Below are positions 50,667 to 64,000 of a stretch of DNA of 64,000 nt, piece after piece. The translations under genes and the position numbers were made by a program. A model generated the notes under the pieces. The model saw only the letters and a program-made list of their open reading frames with translations, did no database searches and was not told where the DNA came from. Where the stretch lies: NCBI GenBank assembly GCA_004022145.1, contig RCNU01000004.1. One strand, given 5' to 3'. The stretch comes from Paecilomyces variotii. Taxonomy: Eukaryota. Numbering within the stretch: position 1 is the stretch's first letter; each line of letters begins with the position of its first letter.

Positions 50667-51435
50667 TGTTGAGCGCTACTAGCCATTGGATGTTTTGCTC
50701 TTTAGATATGAAGTTGACGGCTGATTGACTCGATTAATGTACGGAACTTGTTGAGGCTAGGAACTCATGTTCACTCATTTTGTCCTTCTAGGATGTATGC
50801 ATAATCTATATATCTCTCATCATTGGCATGTAACTGCATCAATAAGGCCCTAATGTGCTTGGTGTGCTAGACGGGTCAATCTAAGTAGTTCATGGAACTC
50901 AGATAATGTGCGTAGATCAACATTTGTCTCGGCCGTACTATCCTGTACCTATTTCAGGCACCCGTGAATCAGGTAAACTCGTATAGACAACACGAGGACA
51001 CCGATACATAGTGAAAACTCGGCAGGCTAGAGTGGATTCTCCAGCAAGCTCAGGCTATCCATCCCTATGGTTAGAGCTTTCAAAGACAAAGACATAGAAG
51101 AACTCATCCAGGAACTCCATAGGATGGGACTCTTCGGGAGAAAAACATCACACACACATCACGTGTCTTAGTTGACAGCTACGGATTAAAATAGTAATAC
51201 TAAACCCCTACAGCAGGTCATAATAAACAAAGACACCAAGAGTCCCCAACATTATATATTAAAATTAATAACATGGATATACTAACCCATTGTATCAATA
51301 TATAGTAGTAAGTAATAATCCAACTCCTCCACTAATTACATGTCTTCCCCCTTTTTTTTTTGCCCCCCTGCCTTCCTCAAATTATGTATTTAGCATTAGA
51401 ACGAGAATGTCATATGAAAATGAGAGAAATGGCAT

Positions 51436-52167
51436 TTATGCCAGAACCATGAAGGCGCCCCAGACAGCAGATAGGGCGATGGCAGACATGTAACCGAACT
51501 CAGGAGAGAGCAGCTTGTTGGCAGGACTGGATAGGGCAGCGCTGGAAGTGGGAGAGACTCCGGAGCTGGAGCCAGAACTAGAGCTTCCAGAGAGAGAGCC
51601 AGAGCCACCGATACCACCAGCACCAGAGCTGGTAGAACCAGAGCTGGAAGATCCAGAGGAAGTGCTTCCTGAGCCGGTGCTGGGTCCACTGCCAGAGCCA
51701 GAACCAGAGCCACCGCCGATGCCACCAGCACCACCACCAGTGGTAGTTCCATTCTTGGAGCCAGAACCACCACCGATGCCACCGGTGGTAGTTCCATTTT
51801 TGGATCCAGAACTGATACCACCGGTACCAGGTCTAGTTGCGTTGTTGGGACGAACATAGCCGGTTGCGAGGACATAAGGAACAGTGGCAGAAGGCTTGTG
51901 GCCAGAGCCAGTGAGGATACTAGAGAAGGTCACGTTGGAGTAGCTCGTGGTGTGAGAGCAGCGAGGGCAGTGAGTGTCGGTGACAATCACAGTATCCGTT
52001 ATAGTTCCAGTTGAACCGGCAGCAGGCGCGTCCGTGGTTGCAGCAGCAGACGTAACAGCGGCGGTAGTAGAAGGTGTCACAATAGGTCCAATGGGCGCGA
52101 CGGAGTCAGCTCGGGCTGGAACGGCCGCAATGGCCAGAGCAGCGATAGAAGCAGTACGGAAGAACAT
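51436..52167 (-). CDS. GPI-anchored Ser/Gly/Thr-rich cell-wall protein
   Basis: Signal peptide MFFRTASIAALAIAAVPARA, a TDTHCP motif, tandem GSKNGTTTGG repeats and a hydrophobic C-terminal GPI signal MSAIALSAVWGAFMVLA. Confidence 0.85.
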   Translation of the reverse strand: MFFRTASIAALAIAAVPARADSVAPIGPIVTPSTTAAVTSAAATTDAPAAGSTGTITDTVIVTDTHCPRCSHTTSYSNVTFSSILTGSGHKPSATVPYVLATGYVRPNNATRPGTGGISSGSKNGTTTGGIGGGSGSKNGTTTGGGAGGIGGGSGSGSGSGPSTGSGSTSSGSSSSGSTSSGAGGIGGSGSLSGSSSSGSSSGVSPTSSAALSSPANKLLSPEFGYMSAIALSAVWGAFMVLA

Positions 52168-54229
52168 TTTGGTGTCTTTTTTTCCCTTGTGGTGATGAAC
52201 GAGACTGTATGTATATGAAGTCTGGGGAACGAGTGGCAAGCCCTGACAGGACGTGTTCAGACTCCGCTTTGGAGATGTGCGTAGCTAATTGCGATTGTTA
52301 GTATATGAAATGTTGTATGATATTGTCGAGAGTGCTTCGTGTACTCACCAGTTCCAAAAGAAAGCTGTTCAAGGAGGGATGATGGAAGGAAGATGACCCC
52401 CGGGATTCTCAACTAGATACTTATAGATCTCAAGTGGCGACTGCATCCGGATACCATACACTTTCAACCTATCGATTGCGTCTTCTCAGATAAGCTTTCT
52501 GCAGCCCCGACTGTCCCATGGATTGAACCCGCTGTGGCTAGATCTCTCCATCGTCCCGGATTCAGCCAACCAAGACGAGTGGCTGAAATGCAGTCATTAT
52601 TGGCGAAGAATGTTCCGTGAAGAAATAGAAGTCAGTAAGTATGTAGTCACGTGCCGGAGGTTCTGGTCATTGACAATGCTCACATGCCAGGCGGCTCGCA
52701 TCGTCGTGGCTGCAAACGGTCAGATACTATATCAAGATTGACTAAAACCACGGTTTCGACTGGCAATGTTCAAGTCTAATGCTACCGTCGCCAGAGACCT
52801 CACGCCAGGATTCAGTTGTAATTCTGACTGTCGAGTCGCAGAGTATTTTCTAGCGATGTGTACTAAAGCAGTGATACGCAGGACCCCGAGAGTCTGGAGC
52901 GTCTATGGAAACCGAGTTCGCCGTACGCAAGCAAGACAACTTGTGAATGAGCGGCTTGATCCCATAACTCCCGCATTAAAAGGAAACAGAGACGATAATC
53001 GCGCCGGGTGTTTCTTCGCAGGAAATCCAGTGGCACATGCTATTATTCCTCTACTGCGAGGTGGGATGTTAATTTTAATCCACGAAGAACCTGAATATGC
53101 CGATTTCAAGGTGTCTTCTCGAAGACTGCGAGCAAGAGAAGCCGGGCAGCTCTCAGGAATACCACGGTCAGCAGTGCCGATCTCCCCCAGGAACTTCGCG
53201 GTCTTTCAACTAGACCAGGATTCTAATTAGAATTCTAAATTCCAAGGCAATTAGTCCACGCAATCAACTGGATTATGTCAAGTCTCCGTTCAGGTACTGA
53301 TGCAACCCAACGGCCGAAGAAAGCCACTTCTTTCTGCATGCGGAAGGACGGTCACATCACCTTACTGACTGGGAACACCACTGGTTTTTATCCAGTTCCT
53401 CCTGTTTTTCGACTCTCGTTCACTGACAGTATAACGTTCCAACCAGTTCTCTCGATCTGTTTCCACTGTATATCTTATGTCGACTTGAGACTTCGTGTGT
53501 GTGATCCCGGCGCTACATTCATTGCCACGGGATCTCCTCAACAACCCCATTCACAGTGGTCAGAACATCAATCGACCACGGAAATGACGTGTAGTTGTAC
53601 TTCAGCCGCTGGTATCTTTCAATGTAACGTATAAATACACCTCGATATGTCACGTCGTGACGGTCATTGTTGTTATGGCGTTTAATTCTGAAGTGACGCT
53701 CTCAAGAAGCCACAGGAATAGCGACCTATGTTGTCAACCCCACTAGGCAATCACCGTATCAACTCGCGGTTTAATAATCATAGTATTCCACGAGCTTTTG
53801 AGATCGCAGACCCTTGCACTTTTCAATGTGAATCAGAAGGGCCTCCAGGGCGGAGGTCACACCAGGTATCCCCGCAGAACTACATACTGCGGATAACTTT
53901 GGCCGTGACAATAATTCGCTATTGAGCCATCCGTCATCAGCAAAGGAGTTTGATTCAAGAAAGACATGAACAACTGTGGCCATCTATAATCGTTCAGATG
54001 TTGGGTGTGTTCAGGTTTAACTTCGACGCAATAATAATGTCCGTCGCGGGGCGTAAAGCCGATGCTAACCTAATGAGGGCCTGGACCATCTCGGTCGCCC
54101 GCAACATAGTCTAAGCTACGAAACAGCAACTGACTACCTAAACGATTAACTTATGCTCCTCCTAGAACAACAATCAACCGGTTCGCCCTCCCCGCTGATG
54201 CCCCAGCTCTCTGGCGGCTATCTCACGGA

Positions 54230-56509
54230 ATGCCGCTCATGCCTCAGAGACCAGAATCGCGGAGTCCATCGTTACTCTCGCCGGGTGACTACGATGACGA
54301 TGTCTCGTCCCTAAGGTCAGCGTCGGAGCAGGACTCCGACACGGAGGATGATGAATTCTTGCAGGGTTCCCGGACAACGCTCGAACTAGCGGAACATGAT
54401 CGAAAGGTGTTGGAGGATGAAGAAGAGTTGGAGAAGCTGTTGACAAAGAGAGGGCCGACGCAAGGATTGCGAAGGATATTCAGTCCCGGTGGCAGCAGTG
54501 TTAAGATTGGGAAGAAGGAACGGAGACAGCGGAGGAGGGAGATGAAAGCTGCGTATAGAAGGCGCAATGAGAAACCCGATGAGGAGGGAGAACTGATGCA
54601 TGAGATGGAGGAAGGATATCGGGATGAAAGTTCTGGCCTCAATACACCGTCATCGGATGGCGAGGGTGAACTGCTGGACGGGTTCGAGTACAAGCAGGTA
54701 TGCCGGGCGCATCAGGTTTAGATATATTCGAATACTGACACTCGTTTGTTCAGTCCAAAGGAGATTTAATTCGGAAATTGCTGCTCGTGTTCTCCGCCAT
54801 CGCCGTCCTTTTCCTCATTCTCCTTTTAGGAGCGTACAAAGCCTCCAGCAACTTCCGCGTTTCCCACCGTCCCAAACCACTAATTTCTAACGGCACTGCA
54901 CTTTTTGCTCCAACAACTATCTTGATTTCCCTCGATGGCTTCCGGGCCGATTTCCTCAATCGCGGACTGACACCCACGCTCAACAACTTCATCGCAGAAG
55001 GGGTCAGCCCCAAGTACATGCTTCCGAGTTTCCCCAGCGTCACTTTCCCGAATCATTATACACTAGTAACAGGACTCTACCCTGAAAGTCACGGCGTCGT
55101 GGGGAATTCATTCTGGGCCCCAGAATTCCAGGAGGAATTTCACACAGAATCCTCCGTCAGTACTCAGTCCAAATGGTGGAACAACGCTGAGCCCCTGTGG
55201 GTTACGGCAGAGAAACAGGGCATCCATGCTGCTATCCATATGTGGCCCGGTTCAGAGGCGCATATTCATGATATCGATCCCACTTTTTACGACGTTTATA
55301 ATGGGTCCGAGACTCTGCCGCGGAAAGTCGACCGAGTGCTGGAATACTTGGATCTCCCTGGAGAGGAAGTCGAGTCCTACGACGGGGATAAGCGCCCCCA
55401 GTTTATCGCCGCTTACGTGCCAGATGTAGATGCAGATGGCCATCGATATGGGCCTAATAGCACGGAAATACGGGCAACTATTGCCAAGGCGGATGACATG
55501 CTTGCTCGTCTCTTTCAAGGAATTCGAGACCGCAACTTGACCGACATAGTGAACATTGTCGTCGTGTCTGACCATGGCATGGCCACAACTTCAAATGAGC
55601 GACTTGTGCAACTTGAGGACTTGATCGATATCAGTTTGGTCGAGCATCTTGATGGATGGCCATCGCGGGGACTGCGCCCCAAACGACCAGAGGACCTGCC
55701 TATCCTTCAGGAGCAGCTGGAGAAGGCAAAGGCCGACTACGCTGACAAAGTTGAAATCTACAGTCGCGACACCATGCCCGAGCGCTATCACTTTTCCAAT
55801 AACGAGCGCATTGCGCCCCTGTGGGTGATCCCCAAGACGGGTTGGGCTGTCGTTGAGCGGCCTGACTTCGACGCAGAGAAAGCGCTCGAGACAGGGGAGG
55901 TCTATCGCCCCCGGGGTGTCCACGGATATGACCATGAGCATCCGCTCATGCGAGCTATCTTCATCGCGAGGGGACCTGCATTCCCTCATCAGCCCAACAG
56001 TCGACTTGAGGTCTTCCGTACGTCATTCAGTATGCCTTTTCTTTGACTTGTGCTAATTGTCAACAGAGAACATAGAAGTGTATAACATCATCTGTAACTC
56101 CATTGGAGTCAAGCCGCTGCCAAACAATGGCACCTTGCATCTGCCCTTACAACCGGTGGGATTACACTCAGATGAGGGAGTCCCTGCCATCGAAAGCCCT
56201 CCTGATCCACCAGCCAGCGTCTCTGTGAACCCAACCACAGAACTGGCCCCAGTTCCTAGCGTTACATCCTCTGCCGTTGATGCTTCTGCTACTGCGGGTA
56301 ACCAATCGAGCGAAGTCGACGATGGAGAAAAGCAAGGAGAGGAAAACGAAGAGGGAGATGGTGTAGTCGTTGATGGCGACGATGATCACGATGACACCGC
56401 TTCGCAAGACACAACATGGTGGGGAAAGATGATGGACAAGCTGGAGTCTTTCAAAGAATGGGCAAGCGAGTTTATCCAGTCAAAGACCGACAATGAGGCA
56501 CCTAAATAA
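54230..56509 (+). CDS. Type I phosphodiesterase / nucleotide pyrophosphatase (NPP1-like); 3 exons (introns 54698-54753, ~56018-56085)
   Basis: ISLDGFRADF, FPSVTFPNHYTLVTGLYPESHG (catalytic Thr), DADGHRYGP, VVSDHGM and GVHGYD motifs, with a single transmembrane helix. Confidence 0.93.
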
Positions 56510-57395
56510 TATCCTGACAAGTTTGGCTCCGTTTATTTCATTGTTATAATATCAGTCGCAGTACTTGGGACAGCGTGTCGTGATTTTGTTTTCCCTTCTG
56601 TGTCAGATCCTATATTGCCCTATATAGATAGTCTTTTTTGCGTATAGTAATATGATACCCTTTTTTCTTCGCAATCCCTCGAGGAAGTTGCGAAGATTCC
56701 ATTCAGTCTGTCCTACATCATGCCGTCCTTCCTGATGTAAATGTACAGACTAGTCTCGACAGCAGAGCATACAGGTACCATCTTCAACTGAAGATCACAT
56801 AATACCGGGGCATTTGCTTGCTGTCATGAGCAAAGCGTGAACCCACACTGGTCGTGTCAGAGTGCAATAACGGCACCAAGAGTCCAACCTGATTTAGAGT
56901 CCGCTTTAGTTTATCATGACTCTCGTGTTAGCTAAAGGTCAGTATCCACTTCAGTTCGGTGCCTAGAATCGTGCTGGATCATTGCCAATTGCAGTAGAAA
57001 TCTTGGATTGTATCGAATAGAAACTCCAGCTCCACCACAGATGCTTTCCTTGATCATTGCGCATCGGGCTCAGAAAAAGGAATTTCCTCGAGACTGGTGG
57101 GAATGATCTTATTTGATCGCCAGCCCAAGGGTGGCGCGTTGCACCTCAGCCCCCAAACTAGAGCTCTCTAGCATCCATGATTGGTGTCAACGTACAATCA
57201 CCTGAAGAGGACTGGAGTTCTGCCTTGCTGATTGAGGTGACTCAGTGAATTGTGCGGTATGCATTGAAGCCTAAAAGTGAGCAAGTGTCAGCAACACATT
57301 TAAGGATGGGAATTTCCATGCTTCGATCTTTTTAACAGGTCGGCCGTCACACGTCGTGGCCTTCTCGCTGCAGGAATCATCCCCAAGACAATTAA

Positions 57396-59099
57396 ATGTC
57401 TTCTCTCCCTCACGCCATGGCTTGCCCGGGGAACGTTTCCTTCAATCAACCGCAAATGTTTCCCGGGGATGCCACCGTTCTGGATGTGCTTATCCCTGGG
57501 TATTCTGTGGTTTCAAAGTTCCTGGCGGCTTACTTTCATATCGACCTGTCTTTCTACCTCCCTCTTATTGCCATTTTCGCAGCTACTGTGACCGCTCTAC
57601 AATACAGTATCTCCCCGTTGGTCAATCTTTTCACCCAGCATTACACATCAACAGCGGAGATTCGACTCAATGACGAGGTCTACAATTATGTGATGGCTTG
57701 GATTGCCCGGCAGTCATTCTCAGACAGTACACGCGACTTCGTTGCGGGAACCAAGACAGGGAGTGAGATGGTCTGGACCAGGCACGATGATGATGATGAT
57801 TCCAATGAAGATGGCATCCTGGAGGACGACGATGTATCTTTTGACTTCGATGAGTACTGGACCCGGAAGATGAGTCGCGACAAGTATAAGCCACTCCGGT
57901 TCACACCCGCGGACGGAACCCACTATTTCTGGTACAAAGGTCGCCCTTTGGCGTTCAGGAGACAGAAAGATGAGAATAACGGTGTGAGATGGGTTGCCAA
58001 TGCTGAGAAATTATACATTACTTGCCTTGGACGGGATCCGACAATCATTAAGGAAATGCTGCACGAAGCGCAGCATGCTTTTGTGGAGCGCGATGCAAAC
58101 CAAACGATTATCTACCGCGGTCAGAAGAACGCTGGAGAAAGCGCAGACTGGGTAAGGTGCATGAGCCGCCCTCCTCGTCCTCTGTCAACGGTCGTGCTGG
58201 ACCAGGGACAGAAGCAGGCATTTATCGAAGATGTAAAGGAGTACCTGCACCCGATGACGAGGCGCTGGTATTCGAACCGCGGCATTCCTTATAGACGAGG
58301 ATATATCTTCCATGGTCCTCCTGGTACGGGAAAGACGAGTCTCTGCTTCGCAGCTGCAGGGCTTTTGGGACTGAAGATGTATCTGATCAATCTGAACTCG
58401 AAATCCTTGGACGAAGAAGGTCTTGCGGATCTATTCCAGGAACTGCCACGGCGGTGTATTGTCCTTCTCGAAGATGTCGATTCTGCAGGTATCACGCACA
58501 AGAGAGAAAACAGCCCAGAAACCCCCGACACATCTGTCAATGAAAAATTAGAGAAGGATGGAAAGGACAAGCCTCCGGCTGAGAACAACGATAACGCGCC
58601 GCGGGGAGTTTCTCTTTCTGCCCTGCTCAATGTCATCGATGGGGTCGCTTCTAGTGAGGGACGTATTTTGGTGATGACTACAAACCATATTGAAAAGCTG
58701 GACGCGGCTCTTTTGCGTCCTGGCAGAATTGACATGAGCATCGCCTTCAACTACTCCGACACTGATACTATCAGAGATCTGTATTTCGCTATTTACGGTG
58801 ATGAAACGCGACAGCAGCAACAGGGGAAGTCAGGATCGCCCAGATCTTCTCCTTGTGAGAAGGCCAAATCCCATCTCCGTCACGGCCTCTCCAACGAGCA
58901 AGTCAAGGAGCTTGCTGCTGAATTTGCTTCAGTGGTTCCCAGTGGTGAGTTTTCGCCTGCTGAGATCCAGGGATACCTTCTCAAGCACAAGCATGAACCG
59001 GAGAAAGCGGTTCAAACTGCTGCGGAGTGGGTGCAGAGTGTACGCAATGATCACGAGAAGCGGAAGGCTGGCGCCAAAGAGGTGAACGTCGCCGCATAA
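57396..59099 (+). CDS. BCS1-like AAA+ ATPase
   Basis: BCS1_N-like region, RPLSTVVLD, GIPYRRGYIFHGPPGTGKTS (Walker A), IVLLEDVD (Walker B), LSALLNVIDG and MTTNH...ALLRPGRID. Confidence 0.93.
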   Translation: MSSLPHAMACPGNVSFNQPQMFPGDATVLDVLIPGYSVVSKFLAAYFHIDLSFYLPLIAIFAATVTALQYSISPLVNLFTQHYTSTAEIRLNDEVYNYVMAWIARQSFSDSTRDFVAGTKTGSEMVWTRHDDDDDSNEDGILEDDDVSFDFDEYWTRKMSRDKYKPLRFTPADGTHYFWYKGRPLAFRRQKDENNGVRWVANAEKLYITCLGRDPTIIKEMLHEAQHAFVERDANQTIIYRGQKNAGESADWVRCMSRPPRPLSTVVLDQGQKQAFIEDVKEYLHPMTRRWYSNRGIPYRRGYIFHGPPGTGKTSLCFAAAGLLGLKMYLINLNSKSLDEEGLADLFQELPRRCIVLLEDVDSAGITHKRENSPETPDTSVNEKLEKDGKDKPPAENNDNAPRGVSLSALLNVIDGVASSEGRILVMTTNHIEKLDAALLRPGRIDMSIAFNYSDTDTIRDLYFAIYGDETRQQQQGKSGSPRSSPCEKAKSHLRHGLSNEQVKELAAEFASVVPSGEFSPAEIQGYLLKHKHEPEKAVQTAAEWVQSVRNDHEKRKAGAKEVNVAA

Positions 59100-59293
59100 T
59101 CGAGTCCGAGAACGAGAACGAGAGCGAGAATGATGCATTCAGAGATGACTAGATGATTTTTTTTTTCTGTTTGTTCGCATCCAGAAAACCTGTGATACAT
59201 AGGTTAATACCCATGTTAACTGATAGATGCGCAACGACTGGTTGCATCGCTATGGTCTTTTCATAGCGACTTCACGGGTCCTGAAAAAATAAT

Positions 59294-59321
59294 AAAAAAA
59301 AAAAAAAAAAAAAAAAAAAAA
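59294..59321. repeat. Poly-A homopolymer tract (~28 nt) in an A-rich region downstream of the BCS1-like gene
   Basis: Long A run read directly; shorter runs at ~59347 and 29413-29431. Confidence 0.85.
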
Positions 59322-60456
59322 GAAGGAAAAAGGATGGAATATAAACAAAAAAAAAAAATAAGACATCAATCACATATCTCCGTGTCCCAATGACGAGTAT
59401 TAGAATAATAAGCCGGGTTCACCCCCATTTCATATGACTATTAAAATAGAAACTCTCCCCCTAGACCCACGCAATACGAACAAATGACAAAGAAGCAATC
59501 GAGGACACGAGGATGATTTCTGGAAATAAGTTGCGTTCGCTTCTATTACTCTCGGAGCGAGATTGACAAGGTCTGTATAATAACTCGGTTATACTAAACC
59601 ATGTCATACGCACACCCCCAGCCGGATGTATATGACAGCTCCATTGATCCTCCCTTCTCCTTCCCAGATTGCCTTCTCAGATAATTACGATGAGCAGTTT
59701 TCGCTTTGAGGATCAATAAAATATACACATCCCACATCCCTTTCTTTCACACAAAGAGGTCTGTAGAACCGATCAATTGATATTAAACCATAATATTAAT
59801 TAATTAACCCCGTCTACGTAAGTCACGTACGTGAAACTATAAGTTACTCTAATGTTATTGATACATCGACGCGGCCCTGAATGAGCTCCACCGTTTCCGC
59901 TATCTGGAGCCGATCCCCATCGCTTTCCGGCGCCCCGGTGCCAGAGTGTGGTAACTACTATGGGCCCCGCAAACGGGAGCTTGGACTCTGATCCAAGATT
60001 CAGTACGAGGTGTTCGATGGGACGAAGTGCTGAAACCATGGAACTTGGAAAGGATTTTTGGGTTTTTCATGTCCAAATTCTAAGAGTATAGTAGTGGTAT
60101 TATCTGGAGGGTGTCTGGATGTAAACAATGAAATTCTTGCCGAGAGATTGTATTTAGTAGAAGGGCTGAAGAACAGATAGTTTATGGAGGGAAGGAGGTT
60201 CAGATATGATTGCGGCTGTACTGTACTTTTTTTGACGACTCAACTAGATGTAAACATTAATACAGTGGTTAATTATTCCACAGCCCGATATTTCCAAAAA
60301 CGCCTATCCAATGCCGCGATATATTCCAAACCCATCCTAGTCAAAAAAAGGTATATCGCTCAATAGAAATCACAGTAGGAAATGAAGATGTCGCAGCGTG
60401 CCGACGGTGTATATATATAATGATCGTAGGAGAGACACGGATGTAGTGCGAATCAT

Positions 60457-61486
60457 TTACAGCACTGTAACCGTTTTGCCCTTGATGGATATATTCGCAG
60501 CGTATGCGCATCGCACGTTCGGCTCGCAGAAACTATGCAAGACCAATTTATCTCCAGCACCGGAGACTGTTCCTCCGCCAGGGGAAGTCATGCCAAATTC
60601 GCCGGTCTTAAGCAATTGCGTGTTCGTCTTGGTGTAGGGACCGGTGATGGACGTTGCTGTGGCATAGCGCACGTCGTATTTGGGATCCGTGAAGCAGTGA
60701 GTCGAGTAGAAGAGGAAGTAGGTGCCTTGATGCAGGATCAAGTTGGGAGCCTCAACTAGAGGTCCGTCGCTGCTGTCGCGGTCGAGGATCTGAACTGGAT
60801 CTCCAACGGGAGTGACACCATCTTCTTTGACCTTCTGCAGCATGATCGGAGTCGGCTTGATGGGCGCAACGCCGTTGTTACAGTCTCCCCCATTGCCGAT
60901 ACTGTTGCCATCAACCTTGTAGACGACGTAGCGAGTTCCGTCGCTGTCCAGGAAACCGGCAGGATCAATTGAGCCACCCTTGTCCAGGTTACAGGCGAAA
61001 GGGTTCGGTTGAGGGATGTATGGACCGGAAGGATCTGTCCCTTGAGAGACGGCTGCGCCGACGCAGTGGTGTCCTGTGTCCGACTTGGCCTCTCCGGAAT
61101 AGTACATGACATATTTGCCATCGTTCTACGCAGGGTCAGCTATGTTTAATTCCCAAATTCATTCATCAGGGGAAACATACTCGCATGATCACGTGGGGGG
61201 CCCAATGGTTAACATCTGTCTCCCATCCACCCAGCGTCGGTAGAGCCTCTTTGTCTAACAGAGTCCACTTCTGGAAATCTGACGAACTCGCAACCTGAAC
61301 TCTTTTTCCATTGCCGTTGGTACCAAATGCGTACCAGGTGCCATCGGGAGTTCCAACAAAGCTGGGATCGGGGAAGTCTGTGTCCAGTGCCATCCACGGA
61401 CCACTGGCTCTCTTCTGGAAGGGGGAGGCCAGGGCCAATGGCAGGAGAGCCAGGCCCAATATATTAGAGGAAAACGAAGGCCACAT
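60457..61486 (-). CDS. Secreted glycoside hydrolase family 43 protein; 2 exons (intron ~61180-61126)
   Basis: Signal peptide, DFPDPS (catalytic base), WAP, SIDPAGF (pKa modulator) and VEAP (catalytic acid) motifs of five-bladed beta-propeller GH43 enzymes. Confidence 0.92.
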
Positions 61487-64000
61487 TATGATCACGATCC
61501 GCCCTACCTCAGTGGTAGCCAGAAAGATGGACACAAGGGAGCACAAGACAGACAATCGAACAGCAAAACCAAATAACAGGGACGGAAGAGAATGTTATAT
61601 ATCGAGCTTGGACTTATCCTCGGTCCTGATCGAGCTTGGAAAGCAGTCAACCTTTATAATTCCTTGCATATTGTAAGTAAGCGAAAGACTTTATCCCAGA
61701 GGTACCCGCATCTGGGCCCCTCTGGAACCATATCCACTGAGGTTCTGCACGCAATCATCAGGCACCAGATAGCTAATGCTATACCGATTACCGAACACAA
61801 AGATTGGGGTCTGAACGCTAGCTTCTAGTCTCCTGGCGTGGGACTGCACTGGCCCTCCGCCCCTCTGCACCTGGCAAGGCGTAGATGCAGTGGAGACATT
61901 GTAGTCAGGCTGCCCAGCCGAGCTGCGGCGTGGATCTAGGAGCGCGAAAAGGGAAATCAGCCAGTGAAAGCTGAAGGAAGCAACTGGCGCTCCGGAACAT
62001 GGCCGACTATGAATGCTGAAAACACTATAGGTAGAGGAAGATTACCTATTGTTGTTTGGTTCTCACTTGGCCAAGTACGGAACCGCCGCCGCAAACAACC
62101 AGACAGCAGCATAAACTGTTTCATTCGAACCAAGTTTTACCATTCTCTGATAGTTTCTTGGTTATGCTACAATGCATCCGCTGCACGAGGACCTCATCCA
62201 CCATGTTATTGACCCAGGAACCCTCCAATAGTCGGCGATGAGACCTACGAGGCCAGGAACAAAACCCATCTGCAGATTGGTCAATGGCGGTCCATCACGG
62301 AACGATCACGATAATCATACTTGGTTCGGGTTCAATCAGGAATCCGAAAACGGTATCCAACAACGAGATGGATAGTACATCAAGGCCAAAGTCTATGTCT
62401 CTGGGCCGTCTAAGCATTGAGCGCTCTCCCAGCGTCAGACGGTCAATAGAACGGACGGATCCTGCAGAATCCGAGTCCTCCGTGTTCGATGCTTCAACTG
62501 AAAGTGAGAGAGCATAATCCACACTAGTAATGCTACAAAGTTAGTAGGTGGCCAAGCCTCGGGAGCAGGAAAGCTAGGGAGGTCGCTAATTTAGAGTCCG
62601 ATCGGTAGGGCGGCCATGGCCAGATGCAAGGGCGCTGTCGGCTATCGTCTCCTTTGTAGTCTTATCGTCAGACCGCCGCCCGAATATACGATCGGAGGCG
62701 TTAAAAGCTGAGATATAGCCTTAACAAGTGGCAGCAATCGCGGGTTGACACATCTGCCAACACGATCATGGGGCGCCATGCTAGTCAGACACAGTTGTCG
62801 TGCAAATACGAGTAGGAGACGAAGGATCTCCAAGTCCATCCAACTCGACCCGCTTCCGGCACAGGCACGATCAACACAGCCATCAACAACAGACGATCTG
62901 GAGTCCAGCTTCTAAAGGACGCTTGATCTGGCTAGAGACATCATATGGCCTTATTCATGGAAGTCAGCTCCGCCAAGACGTCTCTTTCTCTTACCATCTT
63001 CAAAAGCGGAACAGCAAATCGTCTTACTCTAAATCTTCGATATATCTAATCTTCATCTTTAGTAGGAGGGATGTTGAAGAGAGCGCGACAAACGCCATCT
63101 ACGCCTCTCTAGACAGGCAGAACCTTGCATTGTTCAACCCTATTCTGAGTCGGATTACCAAATCCAAACAACACACTCGATATGTTTAGTAGTAGTGACT
63201 TGCTCCCTTTCTTCCCTAGTTAGTTACTGGGAACGGCCAGCGGATGATTCCCACCGACCAATACCTGATCTGCGCCCCACTGAAGTCGATCATTGACCCC
63301 AATCTCCCTTTCCGGAGAGGACTATTTTTGAAAACAGGAACATACGATAATCCCATTGTCACTGGATCCAAGCAGACGATAGAGATTCTGTGTTCATCTT
63401 GTGCGCAAACATTCCTTCCAAGAACTAAGTGCATAATTTGGCACGCGATATCAGGACTGAATCGTCACCTGTTGCAACTTCATCTTTAACTATCAACGAA
63501 GGATCTGTTTATGAAGAATTTCCGACCCACTAGAAAAGGGCATACTGTACTGTTTTTTTATTCTGCAGCACACGCAATATGCAATGATCGACGCCCCGGT
63601 AGAGTGGCTCTATGAACGCAGAAAAAAATGATGCAGCAGATTGTGGGGGGTCTACTTAGATATTTACCATAATCAGTAACAGGAATATTGTATTTGAGTG
63701 AAAAAGCCTACTTTTTACTTATGCACTATGATGAAAACAAAATATCTCCAGCGGCTGTTGTACGGTTCGTATTTTGTGATTTCTAATATGAATGTGCTTC
63801 TAGAACTCTTCTGCGAATACGAGTGATCATTGGACAGGAAGATACTTGCACGGATCAAATTGCATGACAACACCATCCAAACCGCTTGTGCCGTTCCGTT
63901 CTCTCAGTACAGCTGTTGATACAGCAACCACAGAGGTTGAAAGGGGTTGCTCTAGTCAATTGATATCTGATATCATATTGTCTGCTGCAGTTATACGCGG

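Noticed and set aside
61900..63500. Short ORFs (62284..62517, 62295..62522, 62800..63189, 63244..63489) as a gene or pseudogene
   Set aside because: No recognisable motifs and no consistent splice path. A decayed gene cannot be excluded without BLASTX.

Overview
Eukaryotic, intron-containing DNA from a filamentous ascomycete. Gene content, short GT-AG introns with CTRAC branch sites and protein style point to Eurotiales; the species cannot be fixed from this window. About 24 protein-coding genes can be modelled by hand. Likely conserved genes include a TMEM14 protein, a ZNF207/BuGZ-like C2H2 protein, MTC1-like, a SurE-type phosphatase, a Zn2Cys6 factor, a small UPF0390-type basic protein, TPA1/OFD1, a bHLH factor, an NPP-type phosphodiesterase, a BCS1-like AAA ATPase and a GH43. 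Between them, at ~20.7-33.8 kb, is a run of accessory-looking genes: an OTT_1508-like zinc-dependent deaminase, an acid sphingomyelinase, a secreted histidine phosphatase, an atypical kinase, a fatty-acid hydroxylase, a CE4 deacetylase and a spliced orphan gene. The clearest non-genic structure is a ~480-bp MITE-like element with nested inverted repeats (40551-41034) in the 6.5-kb intergenic region upstream of the bHLH gene. No rRNA, complete tRNA, CRISPR array, transposase or Starship captain was recognised. All family assignments come from motif recognition, not database searches.
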